Shown here: positions 57,431 to 64,000 of the stretch, piece after piece
How positions within the stretch are numbered: the first letter of the stretch is position 1
Layout: every line of letters begins with the position of its first letter
Origin: Candidatus Zhuqueibacterota bacterium
GTDB taxonomy: Bacteria; Zhuqueibacterota; Zhuqueibacteria; Thermofontimicrobiales; Thermofontimicrobiaceae
Assembly: GCA_049322915.1 (NCBI GenBank)
Contig: JBMOPW010000032.1
Coordinates: forward strand, 96,001 to 160,000
Length of the DNA: 64,000 nucleotides
Direction: 5' to 3'
Program-made: the position numbers and the translations under genes
The notes under the pieces: model-generated
What the model was told of the DNA's origin: nothing
The model's database searches: none
Seen by the model: only the letters and a program-made list of their open reading frames with translations

Positions 57431-59494
57431 TCAGGAAGTATGTCTGGTCAGTTCCAAAACTGTCCCGTCTTTCTTGTTCAGATTTAAAATGATCATTGGC
57501 TCAGCCGAGAAGGCGACTTGTTCTGAAGCCTCCTGGAATGGGTTTTGAATGGCCCAATTTTTCCCTGAAAATAGCGAGGCCGCGAGTGAGATCCTGGCGG
57601 ATTTCTGTTCATTGCCATTGTTCACCGCGATGAGGACATACTCGTTTTCGTCGCGTTGAAACAAGGCCGCGTGAACATCGTCTGTCATTGCGCGACACAT
57701 TATCGGCGCCTTCAGCCAGCGATGGAGCGCGGCAATGATTTCCGCTGTTGCGGAACAGCCTAAAAATATCAGAGCGCCTTTTTCCAGCACCTGCCGATAG
57801 CCGATGATAAATTTTTTCCCGAGTTCGAGATTCTCATGAAGTTCATTCTCTTCAGCAAGGAAATGAGAATGGCCGGCAGGAGACTGCGTTGCATAAATGG
57901 CTTCGCCGGGGACATCCCTGAAAATGGACACAGCGTCATGGATGAATAGGTGCTCTTCGCCCAGGGTTAACTGAAAATCTTTCGTGGGCGTGGAACCGTC
58001 CGGCTTTGGAAACCGGAGAATCGAACAGGGGAGCATTGTTTCATCGAGCCAGGGAAATGTGTTGAAGAAAACGGCGTTTCCACCTTCTGTGACAAAGCGG
58101 ACCAGCCTTTCCTGCCGTTCCTGACTCATCCATTCCGGCCCGCAGTAAAATAGCAGTTCGGTGGTCTCGTCACCCTTCATTATGTCGTAGCTCCGGAATG
58201 AGATGCCGGATTTATAAACGGCTCTGGCAACCATGTTTTTCCCGCCCATTTGTTCGGAGAAGAAATGGCTCTCGTCCTCTGTGATCGCTGTTCGGGACAG
58301 TTTATTCAGTTCCGCTGGCCTGATATGCTTAAAAACCTCAACGATTTTTTTTAGCGGATCAAAGAGCTCGAATCGTTTGTATCCCCGCGCATTGATGGGA
58401 GAGAAATACCAGTTATCCCGCTCCACGACCATGTACCAATTCCAGCCGACAACACCGGCGATCAACGCTGTCAGACAGGTGAGACGGTAGTGATTGGGAG
58501 AAAGACTGCCGGTGTGGTAACTGTAATTATGCCAGATTCCGCATTCAAATTCGGGAATATAGGGAAGCCGGGTCACAGCGCTGGCATAGCTGAGATTTCT
58601 GAAAAATGAAAGGTGCTCATCCTCGGACTCGTGGAATTCATTGCTGGGATACAGATCAACGCCCACCAGTGGAAATTCCTGGTCCATCTCCCTGAGATTC
58701 TGGCTGATGCAGTTCAAAATAGTGTTCAGATAAATGGGGATATCCACACCTGCCGCGCGATAGGTTTCAACCGCCCAGCGCGCGATTTTTTTAGCGCACC
58801 AGAATTGAAACTCCTGAAAATCAATGGCGCGAATTTTTTCCGAAGGATCGTTTCGCCTGACTCTGATCGTTCCCATTGCTTCAGAGAACTGGCTCAGCGA
58901 GCCGTGCCACGCCTGGTTTAGCGCGTCAATAGACGTATATTTTTCCTGCAAAAAATCCTGAAACAGACCGGCCCCGCCGTACACACCTAACTGCTCGCCG
59001 TAATTTCGGACAAACGGATCGATCTCATTGTCCGCCTGCAGGAGAATAATGGGCCCGCCGGATGTGAATAAAAATGGGAGAATGGCCTGCGTTAACTGTC
59101 GAATGTACTCTCCCGCTGCGTCCAAAAATTTCGGATGCAGCCGATGAAACGGCGCGATTCTCGCCGGCACGCCAGCCTGAGGCCACTCCGAATAAATATA
59201 GGGACCGGGCCGGAGAATCACTTTGAAATCCATCTTGTGACAAAGTGAGAGAAATTCAACCAAATTCCGCTCTGGTAAAGTAGCGCCGTTGAAGTCACAG
59301 GTGTCTTCTTCATGCTCATGGAAGTCCCAGCAGACATAAGTGGCAATAATGTCCAGCCCCATTTCACGAATTCGATGGAGACATTTTTCCCAGTAGTATG
59401 GCTGCAATCGCCAGTAGTGCATTTCGCCGCTGATTAAAGGGAGAGACTCGCTTCCGATGAGAAGATTATTTTTATGAAGCGCTATTTTTGTCAT
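57431..59494 (-). CDS. GH35 (beta-galactosidase-like) glycoside hydrolase, cytoplasmic
   Basis: SGEMHYWR, TYVCWDFHE, LRPGPYIYSEW, GGPIILLQADNE, PEFECG; start 59494 (track 59650). Confidence 0.82.
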   Translation of the reverse strand: MTKIALHKNNLLIGSESLPLISGEMHYWRLQPYYWEKCLHRIREMGLDIIATYVCWDFHEHEEDTCDFNGATLPERNLVEFLSLCHKMDFKVILRPGPYIYSEWPQAGVPARIAPFHRLHPKFLDAAGEYIRQLTQAILPFLFTSGGPIILLQADNEIDPFVRNYGEQLGVYGGAGLFQDFLQEKYTSIDALNQAWHGSLSQFSEAMGTIRVRRNDPSEKIRAIDFQEFQFWCAKKIARWAVETYRAAGVDIPIYLNTILNCISQNLREMDQEFPLVGVDLYPSNEFHESEDEHLSFFRNLSYASAVTRLPYIPEFECGIWHNYSYHTGSLSPNHYRLTCLTALIAGVVGWNWYMVVERDNWYFSPINARGYKRFELFDPLKKIVEVFKHIRPAELNKLSRTAITEDESHFFSEQMGGKNMVARAVYKSGISFRSYDIMKGDETTELLFYCGPEWMSQERQERLVRFVTEGGNAVFFNTFPWLDETMLPCSILRFPKPDGSTPTKDFQLTLGEEHLFIHDAVSIFRDVPGEAIYATQSPAGHSHFLAEENELHENLELGKKFIIGYRQVLEKGALIFLGCSATAEIIAALHRWLKAPIMCRAMTDDVHAALFQRDENEYVLIAVNNGNEQKSARISLAASLFSGKNWAIQNPFQEASEQVAFSAEPMIILNLNKKDGTVLELTRHTS

Positions 59495-59830
59495 TGTATT
59501 TGCCCTGTGTTGTATGAAGTCAATTTTTTGAATGGGGATAATATAACTCGAAAGCCCGGCAATGTCAATGAAAATATAATCCGGGAAGAAAGCTGATTGA
59601 TGATGGATCAACTTACATGAATGTAATCTTGAGTTAAAAATGAAACACACGCTGAACCGACTTTCGGCATTTAGCCTGGAACGCTGTGTTGCTGCATGGG
59701 CGGTTTCTTGGCTGAAGGGTGAATTCGTTCATGGTATGAGAATTGCAAAAGGCAGAGGGTAATGTTGCGAACGATTGTTTCTCATCCTGGAAATTCTATA
59801 ATCATAGCACTGCATCGTGGAGGTACATCA

Positions 59831-60265
59831 ATGTTCAAATTCTTGTTCAAACTTTTTGTCGGCTGGCTGGCGCTGCAGTCAGTGCTCGGATATCTTCGCC
59901 GGGAAGAAATTATCTATGGGTCCATTGAAATCAATTATGCCGCATTGCAGCGGAAAATTATTGAGGTCATTCCGACGGAAGAGATTTCGGAAGCGATCAT
60001 TCATGCTGCGACTAACAAAATGAGAGATACATTCAAGTCTAAACAGGGATATTCTATTGATTCGGGTGATAATGATGAACGCCGCAACAGCTACTTTAAG
60101 GAAGTCGTCCATGTCGTCCATCGCGGTGAGACGTTGTACGACCTGTCAGAACGATATGGAGTTTCCTGGAAGGTCATCAAAAAGATTAACAGGCTCGAAA
60201 ATATGAATCAGCTCTGGGTCGGCCAGAAGCTTAGAATCCCGACCCGACTGGCGAGCCTCACCTGA
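59831..60265 (+). CDS. Membrane-anchored LysM-domain protein
   Basis: GGAGG RBS; N-terminal hydrophobic stretch; HVVHRGETLYDLSERYGVS..IKKINRL..LWVGQKLRIP. Confidence 0.85.
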   Translation: MFKFLFKLFVGWLALQSVLGYLRREEIIYGSIEINYAALQRKIIEVIPTEEISEAIIHAATNKMRDTFKSKQGYSIDSGDNDERRNSYFKEVVHVVHRGETLYDLSERYGVSWKVIKKINRLENMNQLWVGQKLRIPTRLASLT

Positions 60266-60315
60266 TTTCCATTGGAAAATATTAACTCTGTTTGAATTTA
60301 TTGCATTATAAAATA

Positions 60316-60466
60316 AGCGGACAGCGTACAGCGATCAGCGTTCAGCTAAAGGAATAACAGTGCGTTATTTACAAGCACTGAAATCACCTGAAAGATGAAA
60401 AAGCGTGCCAAGCCTATCTGATTGAATTTTTCAGAACTGATGGTTGAGAGCAGACAGCTAATCGCT
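60316..60466. repeat. Inverted-repeat element with 7-nt periodic arms
   Basis: AGCGGAC AGCGTAC AGCGATC AGCGTTC AGCT (60316-47) and ACTGATG GTTGAGA GCAGACA GCTAATC GCT (60436-66). Confidence 0.6.
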
Positions 60467-60788
60467 CAGTTTAGGTGCATATCAAGTGAGTCGAAAGATA
60501 ACTTCCCAACACATGCTTATGAGCAGCAATCCTGAGTTCATTGCCGCTGATGTTTCATTCCCGGTTACCTCTTCAGAAAATTACTAAAAAATAATTTCAT
60601 GGATCACGACTTGCCCGGTAAAATGTGGTTCAACGCTCCAGGGCTTTCGCTAAATGGGCTCGAAATAGTATGCCCATACCGGCCAGACGAAATCTGTTTC
60701 TTTGCTCAGTCAATGCAGATCAGGGCGTTATCGGGTACGCACGAAAGTGATTATTATTTTTAAATTACCTGGTGAGGCAATTTTTATC

Positions 60789-60817
60789 TTGATTTTCAAA
60801 GTTTTAAACTGTATATT
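60789..60817 (+). promoter_or_regulatory. sigma70-like promoter of parAB
   Basis: TTGATT, 17 nt, TATATT; GGAGG RBS at 60841. Confidence 0.6.
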
Positions 60818-60850
60818 TATTTCAATTTTCTTGATTAACTGGAGGGTTTA

Positions 60851-61615
60851 ATGGGCAAGATTATTTCGATTGCCAACCAGAAAGGTGGCGTTGGAAAGAC
60901 CACAACTGCCGTTAATTTGTCAGCTTGCCTTGCTGTTGGAGAATATCCTGTTCTGTTGATTGATATTGACCCCCAAGCCAATTCCACAAGTGGCCTGGGA
61001 TTCGACGCGAAGAAGATTAAAAAGAGTATTTACCACGTATTGACTAAAGGCTCTGACATTGATGATGTGATCATCAAAACAGACCTGGCATTCCTGGATT
61101 TGCTGCCATCTAATATGGATCTGGTCGGTGCGGAAATAGAACTTGTTCCGGCCATGTCGCGGGAAAAAATTCTTCAGGGAATACTTCCCAAAATTAAAGA
61201 CCGATATAAATACATTTTCATCGATTGTCCACCATCCTTGGGATTATTGACACTCAATGCCATGACTGCATCTGACTCCGTTTTGATTCCCATTCAGTGC
61301 GAATATTATGCTCTGGAAGGATTAAGTCAATTGCTGAATACGGTTCGGCTTGTGCAAAAGCACCTGAACAGCAAGCTGGAAATCGAGGGAGTGGTACTGA
61401 CCATGTACGATGGGCGACTGAATTTATCACGTCAGGTTGCCGAGGATGTGAAACGCTTTTTCGAAAAGAAAGTCTATCAGACAGTCGTCAATCGCAATGT
61501 GCGAATAAGCGAAGCGCCGAGTTTTGGAAAGCCGATTATTCTGTACGATGCTGTTTCCACAGGCTCAGAAAATTACATGAGTTTAGCAGAGGAATTTATC
61601 AAGAATGGCCAGTAA
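60851..61615 (+). CDS. parA: Chromosome partitioning ATPase ParA/Soj
   Basis: [43 protein letters not shown]. Confidence 0.95.
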   Translation: MGKIISIANQKGGVGKTTTAVNLSACLAVGEYPVLLIDIDPQANSTSGLGFDAKKIKKSIYHVLTKGSDIDDVIIKTDLAFLDLLPSNMDLVGAEIELVPAMSREKILQGILPKIKDRYKYIFIDCPPSLGLLTLNAMTASDSVLIPIQCEYYALEGLSQLLNTVRLVQKHLNSKLEIEGVVLTMYDGRLNLSRQVAEDVKRFFEKKVYQTVVNRNVRISEAPSFGKPIILYDAVSTGSENYMSLAEEFIKNGQ

Positions 61616-62456
61616 ACGGTTAGGAAAAGGCCTTCGTGCATTAATCCCGGACATTCCCGAAGAAGAAGAGGACGAGCGCAAAAGTTCCATCAGGGATATT
61701 GCGGTTCCAAAGATTCGACCCAATCCATTTCAGCCGCGGGAAAATTTCGATGAGATTGCACTGGAAGAATTGAAAAATTCCATTGCGGAAAAAGGGATCA
61801 TTCAGCCAATTACAGTTCGCCAGGTTGAGGATGGTTACGAACTCATCGCCGGGGAGCGACGGCTGAGAGCGGTGACGGCGCTGCAATTTGAAACGATTCC
61901 CGCCTATGTGCTGGACGTCGAGAGCGATGAGGATATGCTGGAACTTTCGCTCATCGAAAATATTCAGCGCGAAAATTTGAATCCCATGGATATTGCCCGG
62001 GCCTATAATCGGCTACTGGTCGAATGCAGTTTAACTCAGGAATCGGTCGCAAAGCGCGTCGGCAAAGAGCGATCCACGGTGGCGAATTTTCTTCGGCTGC
62101 TGAAATTGCCAGGCCATATCCAGGATAGTCTGAAGCGCGGTGACCTGAATATGGGCCATGCGCGGGCGCTGATCACCATTGAAGACTCATCGCTCCAGAA
62201 TGAAATCTGGGAAAAGATTGTCAACAATGATTTGTCAGTCCGGGAAGTAGAGCGGTTGGTGAAAAAAGCGACGACTGCTAAAAAGAGCCCATCGACGACT
62301 GAGGAAAAGCCGTTTTATATTCTTGAGGCCGAAGAGAAGTTGAGAAATTCGCTCGCGACTCAGGTCAAAATTAAGTCTGGCAAAAAAGGCGGCAGTATCG
62401 AGATTGAGTATTACTCGGATGATGATCTGGAAAGATTATTGGAAATTTTACAATAA
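61605..62456 (+). CDS. parB: Chromosome partitioning protein ParB/Spo0J
   Basis: [41 protein letters not shown]. Confidence 0.95.
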   Translation: MASKRLGKGLRALIPDIPEEEEDERKSSIRDIAVPKIRPNPFQPRENFDEIALEELKNSIAEKGIIQPITVRQVEDGYELIAGERRLRAVTALQFETIPAYVLDVESDEDMLELSLIENIQRENLNPMDIARAYNRLLVECSLTQESVAKRVGKERSTVANFLRLLKLPGHIQDSLKRGDLNMGHARALITIEDSSLQNEIWEKIVNNDLSVREVERLVKKATTAKKSPSTTEEKPFYILEAEEKLRNSLATQVKIKSGKKGGSIEIEYYSDDDLERLLEILQ

Positions 62457-62484
62457 CGAATTTTTGAAAGAATAAATTGTAGCG

Positions 62485-63360
62485 ATGAATACGAAGAAAA
62501 AAAATAGAAAACAGCACATTTCTATATTATTGATACCGGATGATTTTTCAGACCCGTTCAGTTTTAAAGTCAAAATTCGAACATTGAAAATACTGGGTGT
62601 GATTGCCTCTCTGCTTGTCGTTCATATATTCGTGGGCATCGTTTTTTATTACAAATACTCGGTCACAAATCACTATCGGAAACAATTGGAACGCGACAAC
62701 ATCAACCTCAAAGAGGACAATCAGCAGATTCACTCGCTGTGGGATAAGGTTGAGGAGTTGTATAATTTCCAGTCAAAAGTGAGAAAAGCATTCGAAGTGG
62801 ACAAGGGCTTTGAAGTCAGCGACCGAAAGACCGCTCAAATAATGAACGATTTGAGAACGAACATCAATTTATTGCCAGAGCAATTATTGCATAATTCCGA
62901 TGCAGAAGCCGAAGATGCCGCTCAAAAGAAGATCGATTTCCTGACGCGGAAGAAGAATTATTATCACGAATTTGCCAACAACATTCCCACCTATTTGCCC
63001 GTGGAAGGTTGGCTATCGACGGATTTCCGGAAGAATGATTTGTCCAAGCCCAATCATTTTGGAATCGACATTGCTTCCAGCAGAGGATCGTTCATCAATG
63101 CTGCTGCGGATGGAGTCGTGATATTTGCAAACTGGACCGATGATCTCGGCAACCTGATGATCGTTTACCATTTCAATGGATTCTTAACTTTTTACGGCCA
63201 TAATCAAATGCTCTTGAAGCGTGAAAACATGTATGTGAAAAAAGGAGAGCCAATTGCGTTGCTGGGTAACTCCGGCCGAAGCACGGCGCCGCATCTTCAT
63301 TACGAAGTATGGAAAGATGGCGTTCCAGTGGATCCAAAAGATTATTTGTTAAGATTTTAA
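62485..63360 (+). CDS. M23 peptidase with TM anchor and coiled coil
   Basis: HFGID, YGHN, GNSGRSTAPHLHYE. Confidence 0.9.
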   Translation: MNTKKKNRKQHISILLIPDDFSDPFSFKVKIRTLKILGVIASLLVVHIFVGIVFYYKYSVTNHYRKQLERDNINLKEDNQQIHSLWDKVEELYNFQSKVRKAFEVDKGFEVSDRKTAQIMNDLRTNINLLPEQLLHNSDAEAEDAAQKKIDFLTRKKNYYHEFANNIPTYLPVEGWLSTDFRKNDLSKPNHFGIDIASSRGSFINAAADGVVIFANWTDDLGNLMIVYHFNGFLTFYGHNQMLLKRENMYVKKGEPIALLGNSGRSTAPHLHYEVWKDGVPVDPKDYLLRF

Positions 63361-63437
63361 TATAATTAAACAGTAGCAACTCAGTCGTAATAAATCAAAG
63401 GCTTGACGTAAGGATGGGTGTCGTGTAAGTTCAGTCA

Positions 63438-63611
63438 AACAGTGAGAGAAATCCGGGGCGGGTGAACGAATCGATTTACAAAATAAAATCTCAATGGCCA
63501 GAATGAAGTACCCCGGGTTTCGGGCGTTCAGGGGGATCAATTGAAATTATCTCAAAAGGATTTGTGAACCCGAGCTGCTTTTGACTTTATGAGCAGCGAC
63601 TCCTACTCTCA
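63438..63611 (+). ncRNA. Candidate structured RNA or leader upstream of bactofilin (family unassigned)
   Basis: Promoter-like TTGACG-17-TAAGTT (63403-31); nested pairings TGAGAG/CTCTCA, CGGGT-GA-ACGAATC/GATTTGT-GA-ACCCG, TCAAT/ATTGA, CCCC/GGGG; side hairpin GCTGCT/AGCAGC. Confidence 0.35.
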
Positions 63612-63690
63612 ATCAGATGCGCTTTCGAATTTTCTGGACAGAGAAGCTACAAGCGACGGACTTTTTAAATCGTAGAAAAGGAGAGTTATC

Positions 63691-64000
63691 GTGGTGGGTA
63701 AGAAAGATGATCAGGCAATTGCACGTTCCGGCGATCTGAACACAATTATTGGAAAAGGTTCCTCCATGGAAGGAGTTATCCGCGTGGAGAACAGTTTACG
63801 CGTTGATGGAAGAATCAAAGGAAATGTCACAGCATCAGATTCTCTTGTCATTGGCAAGGAAGGTGAAATCGAAGGTGAAATCATTGCTAAAAACGCCATC
63901 ATTGGTGGCAAAGTGCGCGGCCGAATCAGCGCATCGGGAAAAGTGGTTCTCGAATCCAAAGCATTATTTCAGGGCGAATTGAAAACTGCCCGTTTGATGA
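63691..64000 (+). CDS. Bactofilin (polymer-forming cytoskeletal protein); 3' end beyond the window
   Basis: Not in the ORF track; hand translation from GTG after AAGGAG: NTIIGKGSSMEGVI..LRVDGRIKGNV..LVIGKEGEIEGEI..IIGGKVRGRI..VVL..FQGELKTARL. Confidence 0.9.
   Translation, partial: MVGKKDDQAIARSGDLNTIIGKGSSMEGVIRVENSLRVDGRIKGNVTASDSLVIGKEGEIEGEIIAKNAIIGGKVRGRISASGKVVLESKALFQGELKTARLM

Noticed and set aside
60266..60850. oriC or parS near parAB
   Set aside because: No TTATCCACA cluster and no TGTTTCACGTGAAACA-like palindrome seen by eye.
1..64000. CRISPR array, tRNA/rRNA, IS/integrase, prophage, selenocysteine readthrough
   Set aside because: None recognised. Repeats are not regularly spaced, and the redox proteins have Cys at catalytic sites with full-length frames.

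Overview
Gene-dense bacterial chromosomal segment. The FlgD-Ig/T9SS-like C-terminal sorting domains, PorV-like barrel, GWxTD protein and peptidase-PD40-Omp85 fusion suggest a diderm of the FCB neighbourhood such as KSB1/Calditrichota (inference). I saw no rRNA, tRNA, CRISPR array or transposase. Left to right: a degenerate M14 peptidase (runs off the left edge), class II GATase, secreted GH13 amylase, two aconitase-family (LeuCD/homoaconitase-like) enzymes, one split and one fused, flanking a C69 dipeptidase and an AT-rich MNT-HEPN toxin-antitoxin pair. Next come a PLP decarboxylase, radical SAM, proline iminopeptidase and PHP run, then GT39 plus a degenerate PHP. A ~21 kb co-directional redox block follows (Rrf2 with three operator boxes, suf operon, pirin, MsrBA, lipB, pdhABC, lpdA, FNR). 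The right part holds uppP, a DUF11 cargo protein with a PorV-CARDB-OmpA fusion, PDO, DppA, the Omp85 fusion with GWxTD, a thioesterase, GH35, LysM and parA-parB-M23-bactofilin. The best candidate for a new system is a cassette inside the pdh operon: a His-rich membrane leader ORF with an RGPP arrest-type motif whose Pro-Pro codons are exactly complementary to the Shine-Dalgarno region of the next gene, followed by a His-rich lipoprotein and a TonB-dependent receptor. This looks like ribosome-stalling-controlled metal uptake. All product calls come from motif recognition by eye; no searches were run.
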